A stretch of 64,000 bases of DNA, from IMG/VR virus record IMGVR_UViG_3300018059_000546, one strand, 5' to 3'. Made by a program: the position numbers and the translations under genes. The stretch comes from a virus. Under the pieces are notes generated by a model that worked only from the letters and a program-made list of their open reading frames with translations, did no database searches and had not been told where the DNA came from. Positions 1-9,660 of this stretch are shown here, piece by piece (position 1 is the stretch's first letter; each line of letters starts with the position of its first letter).

Positions 1-1488
1 GAGGAGCTTATTTGCATGGATCAGCTTACTGTTGAGCAGATTAACTTCTGCCAACTGCTTGCGATAACCGTCAGCTTCCCGACGACTTTCAGCGAGCTCG
101 GACTGGACAGCTTTATTCCTAGCAGCTGCTTCGTCCATCTTTTTCAGAGAAGGTCCGAGACGCCTGTTGGCGAGCTCTTTAATCTTCTCAAAGCGTTTCG
201 CGGCGCGCTCAACGACTTTGCGGGCGCTCGCTTCATTCTTAGTTCCGACATGCTTAAGATACCATGCTTTCGACTCTTTCAAGTCACTAGAAGCAATAGT
301 AAGCATACGATCGATGCTCTCGGGCTTGAGATGATTATCAGCTTGCTCACGACCTTTGTCGTCGCGCATGCGGCGGTTCTGCTGCTCTTCGACTTCGTCG
401 CCTTCGCAGGCCTCGTCCTCTTCACCTTCGCCGAGACGTTCTAGATCGCTATCAAGCCAGGGATCGCCCTCAGACGAGCCACCACCGAAGTTATCGAGAA
501 CTTCAGCTCCAACTCCACCCTTGGATCCGGGAGTCTTAGGAAGCTTACCCTTCTTCGATTCCTTCACAGAGGCGATAGCTTTACGAAGCATGGGAATAGA
601 AACTTCGACGACGGTATCGTCATGAAGAATTTCGTTCTCATCGTCATCTGATCCTTCGCTGTCATCCGATCCTTCGCTATAGACTGATTCGCCCATACCA
701 GGAACGGTCGGAGGGCCCGGAGGAGGCTCGCCGCCGTCCGGAGGAGCACCCATATCGTCGGTGGGGAGTCCATCTTCATCACCGAGTGGATCCTCATCTG
801 AGATGATATCGATGTTGAGGTTTTCAAGCTCGACGTCATCGGGGAGGCCGGTAATACGAAGGGTAACATCCTTCTCTTCAGAAACGAGTTCTTTCATCTT
901 CATCTTCGACTCCCTAAAGGAATTCAGTAATCCGTAACAGGTCTCAAGTTTCTCTTCGAGCTTGGGCTTGTTCTCGACACTGTTCTCCTGTAGATATGAA
1001 TAGATATCCTCAATTTTGCGAATTGTGGTATTCAATTCGTCAGAGTTCATTGTCCGAGCGCCAGTAATGACTTCGTTTATGTTATCGTATGTTTTATAGA
1101 CTTCTGCAACGATTCTATCCATCAGTGCAGGTCCAGCAAGCTTAGAGAGATGGAAAAGAGGTTCGTAAGATTCGTCCTTGACTTCGAACGACTCTTTCGT
1201 CGTTTCGTCACTTTCAGAATCGTCCCCTGCCTCTCCTCCACCAGAACCTGACGTCTGTCCTGTTCCTGACGTTGCGCCAGTCATTTCTGGATGAGACGAA
1301 CCAAGTGACCCTCCGGCGAATCCATTCTCATCAAGAGAATCTTCATCGGTGTTTCCGGAAAGGTTTCTCTCAATGAGGTCTTTCAACTTGGGTGTGAGAC
1401 TGTCGATGATAGTGTTGCGAGCATTCGCTTCCGCGACTTCACGCAACTGCTTCATGTCATTGAGAGCTTCTTCGTAGACGGTCTTCAT
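1..1488 (-). CDS. Putative prohead core/scaffold protein, 3' end runs off the window (absent from the ORF track)
   Basis: ATG at 1488 with AAGGA upstream gives MKTVYEEALNDMKQLREVAEANARNTIIDSL...; the same frame reads ...KQLAEVNLLNSKLIHANKLL at base 1. Acidic, low-complexity and coiled-coil-like; lies downstream of the prohead protease as in T4-like head clusters. Confidence 0.7.
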   Translation of the reverse strand, partial: MKTVYEEALNDMKQLREVAEANARNTIIDSLTPKLKDLIERNLSGNTDEDSLDENGFAGGSLGSSHPEMTGATSGTGQTSGSGGGEAGDDSESDETTKESFEVKDESYEPLFHLSKLAGPALMDRIVAEVYKTYDNINEVITGARTMNSDELNTTIRKIEDIYSYLQENSVENKPKLEEKLETCYGLLNSFRESKMKMKELVSEEKDVTLRITGLPDDVELENLNIDIISDEDPLGDEDGLPTDDMGAPPDGGEPPPGPPTVPGMGESVYSEGSDDSEGSDDDENEILHDDTVVEVSIPMLRKAIASVKESKKGKLPKTPGSKGGVGAEVLDNFGGGSSEGDPWLDSDLERLGEGEEDEACEGDEVEEQQNRRMRDDKGREQADNHLKPESIDRMLTIASSDLKESKAWYLKHVGTKNEASARKVVERAAKRFEKIKELANRRLGPSLKKMDEAAARNKAVQSELAESRREADGYRKQLAEVNLLNSKLIHANKLL

Positions 1489-1508
1489 TTAAGTCCTTGC
1501 AGCCTTTG

Positions 1509-2054
1509 TCATTGAGTGCGGCCCGGCCGCATACCAGGTGTGAGAGGTGAAGGAAGTTGACTTCCTTCGAACATCTCTTTAGAAGTTACGCTAGGAACAG
1601 TCGTTCCACCAATTCCGATCTGGACACCTGGTGCGACATCTTCTGCAGTTCTGAGGAAGGGCTCCACAGGTGCAGTACTTCCAGCGCCCGAAGGATCGGG
1701 AGACGACGTGTTAGGAGACCAAGCATTTCCAGGAGCGCCGATGCCAGTACCACCAGGTCCAAAAGGCCCATCAGGGATATTCGGGGCTGAATACGCAGGA
1801 TCCGGGTTCTGGAAATTGAGGTAGACACCCTTCGGGAAGAGAATAGGGTCTGCTTCCTGTTTAGCGGGGGTGAGGAATTGATTCGCACGAGCATGGATAT
1901 CAGCGGCAATGGTGAGCGTCGTGGGAGTCTTGAACAGCTGGTTCAAGAGTGAGTAACGCGACGCACCTAGCGCAGGAGGAGAATTTCCACCCGTAGACAG
2001 AGGAGCGCTCGGATCAACCGGTCGGTACCTCGTGTATTTGCCTTGTCCTGCCAT
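1509..2054 (-). CDS. Hypothetical Pro/Gly-rich protein (head cluster)
   Basis: 181 aa ORF, GAGGA-type RBS upstream, co-oriented with the operon. Confidence 0.6.
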   Translation of the reverse strand: MAGQGKYTRYRPVDPSAPLSTGGNSPPALGASRYSLLNQLFKTPTTLTIAADIHARANQFLTPAKQEADPILFPKGVYLNFQNPDPAYSAPNIPDGPFGPGGTGIGAPGNAWSPNTSSPDPSGAGSTAPVEPFLRTAEDVAPGVQIGIGGTTVPSVTSKEMFEGSQLPSPLTPGMRPGRTQ

Positions 2055-2082
2055 GTTCTTATCCTCTCCTCTAACAGTTCAA

Positions 2083-2349
2083 TTACTCAGAAATTTTGCG
2101 AATAAGCTTTTGTTTGCGCTCGTCGAGAGACTTCAACCGAAGGCGAAGTTTGGTTTCTTCAACCTTGAGTGCCTTGAGCATGTCGATGTGTGACGCGAGG
2201 GTGTCAGCGTAATCGCCGCCATCCTTAAGCTCCTTCGTCTCCTTAGCTTTATCTTCGACAGATTTCAGTTTCTTTTCTTCGTGAAGCTTCGCCATCTCTT
2301 CGAGGACGATCTTGCGGAGCATATCAGGAGTCAACGTCTTGCGATTCAT
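2083..2349 (-). CDS. Hypothetical coiled-coil protein, possible internal head protein
   Basis: 88 aa; N-terminal LRKIVLEE leader, C-terminal heptads. Confidence 0.6.
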   Translation of the reverse strand: MNRKTLTPDMLRKIVLEEMAKLHEEKKLKSVEDKAKETKELKDGGDYADTLASHIDMLKALKVEETKLRLRLKSLDERKQKLIRKISE

Positions 2350-2408
2350 CTGGTAAACCTTCCCATCCGTTAATTATGCAGTTCTAGCAAAAGGTAACGA
2401 CAAGTCGC

Positions 2409-2885
2409 TCATCGGCGTGAACGAGAGGCTGCTTTTACAGCTTCGTATGGGTCAAACCCATCGTCGTAGTCGTTATCTTGACCAACTTCCATAGGACCTG
2501 TAGATTGGGTACGGGTGATGTGAGAGTATGGATCTGTTGCCCTAGAAGGAAGCGGTGTGTCTCCGAATGTCATCTTATCCCACGTAGAAGCCATTTCTCC
2601 GAGAACTTCTCCCTGTTTTTCAGCCTGGATCGAATCTTGGTACATTTTGTCGGCGGCTCGACGTCGAGAATCGCTAAACAACGACTTCAAAGGAGTTGGA
2701 ATTCCCTCAGGGAGATCGTCTTCTTGCTGTCTGGACGGAAGTGCAACTCTTGTAGACTCTCTGACAGCTTCTTTTTGTGGAAGATGGGCACGACCCGGGT
2801 TAGTCATGGTGGTGCTTCCGTCTAACAGGATTTCAATCAGACATTCTTTGATCAATGCCTTGAAATCTTCTCTTTTGATTTTCAT
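2409..2885 (-). CDS. Hypothetical protein, possible internal head protein
   Basis: 158 aa; MKIKREDFKALIKECLIEIL leader; ATGA overlap with def. Confidence 0.6.
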   Translation of the reverse strand: MKIKREDFKALIKECLIEILLDGSTTMTNPGRAHLPQKEAVRESTRVALPSRQQEDDLPEGIPTPLKSLFSDSRRRAADKMYQDSIQAEKQGEVLGEMASTWDKMTFGDTPLPSRATDPYSHITRTQSTGPMEVGQDNDYDDGFDPYEAVKAASRSRR

Positions 2886-3358
2886 AGTACTTCTGTTCCT
2901 TTGTCAGCAATCGTGATGCCGTCCAAGTGGTCTACTTCATGCATGATGATTTGGGCCTTGAGCCCGTCAGCAACTGCAATCTTATGATCTCCGGTCAACG
3001 TAGTATACGAATACCATAGAGATTTGGCGCGGTGAACTCTGAATCTACGTCCTGGAAGAGATAAACAAGCCTCGATAACCTGTTCGAATTTCTTGCTAGT
3101 TTTTTTGATCCTGGGATTTAACATGACTAATGGTTTCGACAGAGCCGTACCAGCATGTTCATCAACAATTATGATCCTACGTAGAGAGCCGATCTGTGGG
3201 GCGGCGATGCCAACCCCTCCAGATTCAGCCAACTCTCCGAGCATTACCTGAATGATCGCTTGAAGTTCTTCGTCTTCGAAATCTAGGACTTTGACTTCCT
3301 TCGAGCGCTCATTCAGAATAGCGTTCGGATACACAATTATCATCCGATCCCTTGCCAA
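2882..3358 (-). CDS. def: Peptide deformylase
   Basis: All three PDF motifs present: GVGIAAPQIG, EACLS, HEVDHLDG. Confidence 0.95.
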   Translation of the reverse strand: MARDRMIIVYPNAILNERSKEVKVLDFEDEELQAIIQVMLGELAESGGVGIAAPQIGSLRRIIIVDEHAGTALSKPLVMLNPRIKKTSKKFEQVIEACLSLPGRRFRVHRAKSLWYSYTTLTGDHKIAVADGLKAQIIMHEVDHLDGITIADKGTEVL

Positions 3359-3744
3359 CCCAAGCTTCCGCTGCCGAGTGATCCTGTCAAAAGAGGCATT
3401 TGCTTCTCAGGAATTGTGGTACACCCAGCAAGAAAGCTGTAGTTCACAGTTCCCGAATCCGCTCTAAAAAATACAGATTTGACCCTAACATCGAAAGTAA
3501 CTGTACTACCAGACCTTATTAGGAAGTAGTTGTCTCCACCGTTACCATTCACTCCGTTGAGAGTGAAACCCAAACGAAGTGTGCTAGGACCTGAGTTGTC
3601 GATTGTTATGTCTCGAGTTACGAAGGCAAAATCAATTCTTCGAGGAACAGTATCAACAGTAAACGAAGAAGAAACTACGGGAATTCCCGAAGATTGGTAT
3701 TCTGCAGTCCAGTTCCAGCCTGGTACTGGCGTATAATTTGCCAT
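3340..3744 (-). CDS. Hypothetical beta-rich virion protein
   Basis: 134 aa, S/T/G-rich, adjacent to the prohead protease. Confidence 0.55.
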   Translation of the reverse strand: MANYTPVPGWNWTAEYQSSGIPVVSSSFTVDTVPRRIDFAFVTRDITIDNSGPSTLRLGFTLNGVNGNGGDNYFLIRSGSTVTFDVRVKSVFFRADSGTVNYSFLAGCTTIPEKQMPLLTGSLGSGSLGWQGIG

Positions 3745-3746
3745 TT

Positions 3747-4355
3747 TTACTTGTCTCCTCGTCTAGAGGTGATATCGTTCAATATACGATCAATTCGATC
3801 AGACTTTCGAAGAACCTTACGCAGGTCTGAATCTTCGATCTTGCGTCCTTCGGTGTAGAGGAAAGCTTGCGCCGTGGAAGGTTCTTGCACGAGATCAAAG
3901 GTGATCAAAACAAAATCGTCTCCGACCACGTTGTAATCTCCTTCCTTCTTAGTAGAACCAACTCCTCTTGAAGAGATTCCAAGCTTGACGCCTCCTTCAA
4001 CCAGCTCTTGCGCAATCTTGCCGCTCGGAGTGTTTAGCAGTTCAAGCACTCCAAAAACGTCGTCTCCTTCCATGCGAACTTCTCGCATGATATGAGAAAC
4101 ATTCTTCAGATTGATGATTGAACTATCGGGATGATCAAGCTCTCCGGTCGCTCGACTTTCAGCGATGAATTTCTGGTAGTTGCGAATCTCTCGTCCGAGA
4201 ATTTCCCGAGGATAAACTCGTCCATTCTGGTTCAGAGAATCGGCACGTTGAATGATGCCGCTGAGACGGATCTTCGCTCCTGCTTCCTTCGCTTCTTTAA
4301 TCTGCTGGGGATCGTAATCCAGGGCAGTCCATTCTGTCAGTAGGTTACGCATCAC
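3747..4355 (-). CDS. Prohead core protease (T4 gp21-like)
   Basis: NQNGRVYP, GELDHP, TPSGKI, LGISSRGVG and FDLVQEPS motifs. Confidence 0.93.
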   Translation of the reverse strand: MMRNLLTEWTALDYDPQQIKEAKEAGAKIRLSGIIQRADSLNQNGRVYPREILGREIRNYQKFIAESRATGELDHPDSSIINLKNVSHIMREVRMEGDDVFGVLELLNTPSGKIAQELVEGGVKLGISSRGVGSTKKEGDYNVVGDDFVLITFDLVQEPSTAQAFLYTEGRKIEDSDLRKVLRKSDRIDRILNDITSRRGDK

Positions 4356-5239
4356 TCCTCGCTTCCAAGTTCATCATGCAGTTTAGCGCAATCCATCAGA
4401 TCTACGAACCAATTCTCGTTCGTTCCCATTGCAGAGATTCCCAAGAGAGATCCATCAATGATGGTCTCCTTAAGACTGATCAATTTCTTGACCTCGTAGT
4501 CTTGGGACGACCTGTCTCGAATGTATACGTCAATTCGTTCCAGCAGTCCCTTTGTCATCTGTTCGACGATCGGAAGGAATTGGGGACATGCGCTGTCTTT
4601 TCCTCCCATGAGAATGTATTCTTTCATTATTGTGCGTTGCAGAGCTGTCAGAGAATTTCCGTACTTTTCCTCAAGTTTACGAGACATGATTCGAAGAATG
4701 AGTCGATCTTCTCCTGCATTTCCCTTCATCTCTTCGAGCTTCTTAGGAGAATCTTTTCTTTCCTGCAACCAAGTCACGATCTGATCTTCGTATTCGGCTA
4801 AGCGAATCAAATCGATATCACGAGGATCCTTCCGCCAATCATTGATCAACGTCTGGACTGTCGCTATGGTTTTATAAAGAGGCACTGGACGATCCCAGAA
4901 CAGAGGATCTTTGACCGTAGAGTGAATTTCCGTGATTAGTCTGAATTTCTCTTCATTCAGTCTTTTCATATCGTGGGCTCGCGCAGCGCGTTTAGCCTCT
5001 GACAAGATCGATGCGGCTGTACCTGACGAGCTCACCGTCGCTTTCACTAAAGATTCGGCCAAACGGTACTCTTTGTAGAGTTCCGTACCAGGACGATAGT
5101 GTTTCTTGATGATTCCTAAAGCTACCTTCGCCTCTGAATCTCGTCCTTCAACGAGAGCTGTGGACATCCACCGCACGAGGAATTCATAAACTAGGGCGCT
5201 GTTTCTCTTTTTTGAATGAGATTTTGACATTCGTGCCAA
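4352..5239 (-). CDS. Hypothetical helical protein between portal and protease (ATG at 5230 may be the true start)
   Basis: 295 aa ORF, N-terminus HSKKRNSALVYEFL, position in the head operon. Confidence 0.7.
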   Translation of the reverse strand: MARMSKSHSKKRNSALVYEFLVRWMSTALVEGRDSEAKVALGIIKKHYRPGTELYKEYRLAESLVKATVSSSGTAASILSEAKRAARAHDMKRLNEEKFRLITEIHSTVKDPLFWDRPVPLYKTIATVQTLINDWRKDPRDIDLIRLAEYEDQIVTWLQERKDSPKKLEEMKGNAGEDRLILRIMSRKLEEKYGNSLTALQRTIMKEYILMGGKDSACPQFLPIVEQMTKGLLERIDVYIRDRSSQDYEVKKLISLKETIIDGSLLGISAMGTNENWFVDLMDCAKLHDELGSEE

Positions 5240-5294
5240 TTTCCTTCTGTAGATCTACGTCAGATAAATAGTTCAGAACACTCGAATGTACTTC

Positions 5295-8200
5295 TCATGC
5301 TTTTTCTACGATGTCAGTATCATCAAAATCATCCAAGTCGATCTCTTCAGCATTTTCGCTAAGTACTGTAGCGTTTGTAACCTTCTTAGATTCGAGCTTT
5401 GCCTTCATTCTCTCGAGAGCATGACGAAGATCCTGCGACAAACCAGGATCGTCACCATTCAAGAATGGATCGATATGAAGAGCGTATTCTTTAGTTTCAG
5501 AGACAGCTCCCAATTTAGAGAATGATTTCATGAATGACGAATCGGTCGGATCCTTCATTTCAGGAGTGTCATTTCCAGTCATACGAGACAGGTCCGGCAT
5601 CCCATGCGTAGTAGAACCATCGTGTCGTCGGCGCTTTTTGTTATATAGAAGCCTATCCAGGTGGGTCTGCACCTTGACAGGGGAGTCGTCATCCTTCATA
5701 GACAATCGAATTGGTGCATCCGTAGTATCACTCGGGTCGTCGTGCGCAAGAACAAGGTCGTTACCCCGATATTCACCCGCCGTGACAACTTCTGATCCTG
5801 CGAGCGATGGGGACCCGCTAGGGGCCCCTCCCATATCGGGAGTTCCACCGGACAGATCTTCGCCACCAAGATCCATGCCTTCGTCCGTTTCTCCACCACC
5901 GCCAAGAGAAGCAGCTTCGCGGGCGGCAGCACCCTGAGCATCATCAAGAATCTCCTTTTCGACCTGGACAATCTCTTCTGGAGTCATTCCCATGACATTC
6001 AAACGGAGCCAATCCCTTGAAAGGAGACCTTCAGGAGACGTTCCCATGATTTCGAACTTAGAACGAATGAGCTCAAGTTTCTGCTGCTGAGCAACAGATG
6101 AGGGATTCGACAAGCGCAGGCTAAAGTTTACTAGATCCTGATCAGAGTATCCTGCTACTGCAAGATGGACCATGGCCAACTTGTTCAATTCTGAGATGAT
6201 TGTCCTTTGAATCATAGAAATCGTGCGACTAAAGCGAACATCGATCTGCGCCAGAGAAGCTTTGCTTCCTAGAGCTTCTTCGAACCCAAGGTACGCCTTT
6301 GGAACCTGCAATGCGGCGAACAACTTCTTCTGAATGTATTCGACATCGTTAACTGTTCCAACGTTTTCTCCACCCTTAAGAGTGTCGATTCTAGTTCCGG
6401 ACTCCGTTCCTCTAACTGGAAGGAAGTAGTCTTCCTCAATTGAGAGGGGTGAGTATCTTTGGTCTGTTCGTCCTGAAGCTTGATCGGACACAAGAGCTCC
6501 ACGAAGGGTGGTCTTCACCTGCTCCATATAGTGACCAACCTCGTCGGGTGGGATAGCTCCAATATCGATGTAGAAGACTCTTCGTTCAGGAGAACGAGTA
6601 ATCCGGTACGTAAGCATTGCATCTTCGATGAGAATCAACTGACGCCAAATGCGTCTCGCACCTTCGACGACAGATGATCCGTAAGGAAGGAACATGTCGT
6701 TACCGAGAAGGCGCATGTGCGTGACTTCCCAGTTATCCAATTCTTTGTTCTTGTCTACCCATCGAAATTTGATAGCGAACGGATCATTTGGATCGTAATT
6801 CTCGACCCTTTCGATATGATTAACAGGAATCGGAACAGCATTCACAACCCCTAATTCTGGATCGACGTCATTGAGAAGAAATGCATCACCGTACTTGCAG
6901 AGGTTTCTAACCCACGGTCGGAGGTTGAATTCAATGTTCAAGTTGTTGTAGAAGAGATCTTCGAGGACACTTCTAATCTTACTGTTCGTAGAATAGATGT
7001 GAAGAACTCTACCCTTCTCATCACTGGAACATGTTTCATCTGCGTACAGGTTCAAGCATGCATTTAATTCAGGAGTGTTGTGAGAAATTACAGTTGACGT
7101 CGCGAAATTCTTGTAACCGTCAACTGTTAGATCGTATAGATCGATTTCTCCATAGTATTCGACTGAAACGACCTTCATGTTCTCGTAGGTAGCGGTAAAC
7201 TCTTTGTAGTTCTTGTATCCTCTGAGCTGGATGCGTTTTTCGACCTTACACCTCGAATACCCCATCTTCGCAGCGAGTTGTTTGAGGTTCATTCCCTTTT
7301 CGTAAGCTGCACAAACTGTTTCGAATGTGATGCTCTTATCGAATTTCGGATTGCTTTCTGCCTGGTTATCCCACCCACCATTTCTCCAACCGGGAGAATA
7401 CGCTTTGGCGAAAGTAGAAAAATTCTTGAACCCTTTTTCTTCCAATCTATTTCCAATTACACTTAGATGAGCATCAAGAGCTTCCTGTAGTTTGTTGATG
7501 TTGAAACCAACACGCTCGCATGTTTCGAGAATTCTTCCAAAAGTGATGTCATGACGCTTGACAGGATTGTGGTTTTTCATGAACTCAGAATGGTTCTTTT
7601 TGAACTTATCGATCCATTCTTGGTTTTCAGGGGCCCACTTTTTTCCATTGACGATACGAGCATGATAGGCACGATGCTCTGCATCATCCATGATGAGAAG
7701 ATTACTAGGAGTGTTATCAGATTTCTTGAAGTTGATGTGATGAACAACTTCTGTTTCTGCAACTTCCCGGCCGGCGACAAACTCAGCTACGAGATTGTGT
7801 TCAGATTGCCATCCGTTGTAACCTCTGTCAGACATCGTGTACACCCAACGATATCCAGTTGTTTCTGCTTCTTCTTTCCTAGCATACAAGTCTCTTCGAT
7901 AGAACGGCATCATGGCCATCCCAGTCTTCAGTTCTCCGAGCTTACAATAGGTTCCGTCCCGTAACATCAAACGATGTTCGAAAGATCCGATGATTTCCTG
8001 TCCATCGTCGAACGTAACTTTCCACGATTTATCTGTCGTAGTTTTTCGAGCCTGTTTTCCAAGTGTTGGAACGATATGGCCTTTCTCATGGTTATAAGCA
8101 TAGACGATGAACGTTTTATCAGGATTTTTCTCACACTCCTCAGCAAGCTTTCCGATTTCTACGAACCCATCTTCGTATTCTGGAGATGCTATAAGTGTAT

Positions 8201-8453
8201 GATATGATAGGCACATTTCCATTTCGCAATAGTCCTGATACCTCGACAATCTCTCTTGAATAGAGAACGTATTGTTCGTGATCTGGTTGTACGTCGGAGT
8301 GACAGAACGCTGGAAGATCCGAGCAGCAGAGGACTTACCCCTACCCGGAACAGCGATCGAGGTGTCCACCGATACGATCTTCTTTCTGACCACAGGTCCG
8401 CTCCGAAACAATCTTGTGAGTCTCTGGAAGACATTTTCCTTATCTTGGGCCAT
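5295..8453 (-). CDS. Portal protein (T4 gp20-like) containing an intein
   Basis: Motifs WRQLILIEDAMLTYRITRSPERRVFYIDIG, EEDYFLPVRG, IDTLKGG, KKLFAALQVPK. Confidence 0.95.
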   Translation of the reverse strand: MAQDKENVFQRLTRLFRSGPVVRKKIVSVDTSIAVPGRGKSSAARIFQRSVTPTYNQITNNTFSIQERLSRYQDYCEMEMCLSYHTLIASPEYEDGFVEIGKLAEECEKNPDKTFIVYAYNHEKGHIVPTLGKQARKTTTDKSWKVTFDDGQEIIGSFEHRLMLRDGTYCKLGELKTGMAMMPFYRRDLYARKEEAETTGYRWVYTMSDRGYNGWQSEHNLVAEFVAGREVAETEVVHHINFKKSDNTPSNLLIMDDAEHRAYHARIVNGKKWAPENQEWIDKFKKNHSEFMKNHNPVKRHDITFGRILETCERVGFNINKLQEALDAHLSVIGNRLEEKGFKNFSTFAKAYSPGWRNGGWDNQAESNPKFDKSITFETVCAAYEKGMNLKQLAAKMGYSRCKVEKRIQLRGYKNYKEFTATYENMKVVSVEYYGEIDLYDLTVDGYKNFATSTVISHNTPELNACLNLYADETCSSDEKGRVLHIYSTNSKIRSVLEDLFYNNLNIEFNLRPWVRNLCKYGDAFLLNDVDPELGVVNAVPIPVNHIERVENYDPNDPFAIKFRWVDKNKELDNWEVTHMRLLGNDMFLPYGSSVVEGARRIWRQLILIEDAMLTYRITRSPERRVFYIDIGAIPPDEVGHYMEQVKTTLRGALVSDQASGRTDQRYSPLSIEEDYFLPVRGTESGTRIDTLKGGENVGTVNDVEYIQKKLFAALQVPKAYLGFEEALGSKASLAQIDVRFSRTISMIQRTIISELNKLAMVHLAVAGYSDQDLVNFSLRLSNPSSVAQQQKLELIRSKFEIMGTSPEGLLSRDWLRLNVMGMTPEEIVQVEKEILDDAQGAAAREAASLGGGGETDEGMDLGGEDLSGGTPDMGGAPSGSPSLAGSEVVTAGEYRGNDLVLAHDDPSDTTDAPIRLSMKDDDSPVKVQTHLDRLLYNKKRRRHDGSTTHGMPDLSRMTGNDTPEMKDPTDSSFMKSFSKLGAVSETKEYALHIDPFLNGDDPGLSQDLRHALERMKAKLESKKVTNATVLSENAEEIDLDDFDDTDIVEKA
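7077..8213 (-). mobile_element. Intein (379 aa) with HNH endonuclease domain, inserted after portal residue 80
   Basis: N-terminal CLSYHTLI, block B GSFEHRL, C-terminal YDLTVDGYKNF...ISHN followed by Thr; internal VVHHINFKKSDNTPSNL (HNH). Confidence 0.92.
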
Positions 8454-8551
8454 TTTTCTTCTTACAAACTTTCTCTACAGATTAAAATAAGTAAAACGCG
8501 ACCCCATCAACAAGAAAGGATCGCGTTATCTGGGTGAGAAAGCTCTTTAGT

Positions 8552-9142
8552 TTATGATTTCGAAGAACGAAGCTTGTTTGCCCACATTTCAGTGCTCTCT
8601 GTGGTCACCATCATTTTTGGTTCACCCTTTGCTTTAGCACACATAGGGCACAAACTAACTTTTTTATCATAATTGCAACCGCAAACTGGACAGTGTGTAG
8701 GATCCGAAAGAACTCTCTCAGTTCCAGTGTTCTTTGCAGCCTGCTCAGCAGTTTCCTGCACCGTGTGGTCGATCAATGCAGAATCATGACCACCCGAAGA
8801 TGGCTTCGACGAAGGAGGACCACGACCATCTAGGTCCGCCCTACGATTCGCTACGACCTCTTCTGGAGTGCTATCAAGATAGCTTAGAGGAGACTGCCAC
8901 ATGTCGTTGAAAAGCCCTTCCAGTGCATTTAGATGCATGGAAATGGCAGCGGAAGCTTTTCTGGAAGGCATCTGAGCTTTTTGCTTCAAACCTTCGAGTG
9001 CTTTCAGACTGGCAGAAGCGGCTTTTCCAAGCGCAACACCCATTTCGTGCATGCTCTTTGGAGATTCGACACCTTCACTGGCCTCGGCTATCTGCTTTCT
9101 GATCAAGTGTTTTAAAGAATCGATCGTCTTCTGATCCGTCAT
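8552..9142 (-). CDS. Hypothetical protein with C-terminal zinc ribbon
   Basis: 196 aa; LKHLIRKQIAE leader; CPVC...CPMC. Confidence 0.6.
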   Translation of the reverse strand: MTDQKTIDSLKHLIRKQIAEASEGVESPKSMHEMGVALGKAASASLKALEGLKQKAQMPSRKASAAISMHLNALEGLFNDMWQSPLSYLDSTPEEVVANRRADLDGRGPPSSKPSSGGHDSALIDHTVQETAEQAAKNTGTERVLSDPTHCPVCGCNYDKKVSLCPMCAKAKGEPKMMVTTESTEMWANKLRSSKS

Positions 9143-9162
9143 TTGTGGTATAGCTCTATAGA

Positions 9163-9639
9163 TTATGTATTAGATAGCAGCGTGGCTTTTTCTTGGTGTC
9201 TATAAACACGCTCTACCCAGTCGAGGAACTTCTCTACGACATAGGCAGATTTACCTTTGTTGCACATTGCGCAACATGAGACGCAATTGCCAGAGAGATA
9301 CCCTCTGTTATTATCAACATTGGACGAAAGACCGCAATAGTGACACGGTCCAATGACCAAATTTCGAGCCTCAGTTTGGGAAAGGTTCCATTCTAGACCT
9401 CTACGAGAGGCTCCGCCCTTTGAATCACCAATCCGCCGATCGACAGCACTACGTGCAGTGCGACGACGTACAGGTCGCTTACGTTTCCTAGCTCCAATTC
9501 CGATGTTCTTTCGATGCGCTTCAGATTTTTTTCTACCCCTAAGAACATCACTCATCATTTGGCAATATTCAGGAGTCGATCTTCTCTTTGCTGCTTCACT
9601 AAGTTTTCGACGAGTTTCTTCAGAATGTGGTTTTCTCAC
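9163..9639 (-). CDS. NUMOD3 plus HNH-like homing endonuclease, probably degenerate
   Basis: HSEETRRKLSEA and GRKKSEAHRKNI; CHYCG...GY...NCVSCCAMCNKGKS. Confidence 0.75.
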   Translation of the reverse strand: MRKPHSEETRRKLSEAAKRRSTPEYCQMMSDVLRGRKKSEAHRKNIGIGARKRKRPVRRRTARSAVDRRIGDSKGGASRRGLEWNLSQTEARNLVIGPCHYCGLSSNVDNNRGYLSGNCVSCCAMCNKGKSAYVVEKFLDWVERVYRHQEKATLLSNT

Positions 9640-9660
9640 CAGCTTAAATATTTGATGCCA

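Noticed and set aside
16-869. Track ORFs 16-444(+), 356-625(+) and 564-869(-)
   Set aside because: Shadows of the long minus-strand scaffold ORF (1-1488), which the track missed because its stop lies outside the window
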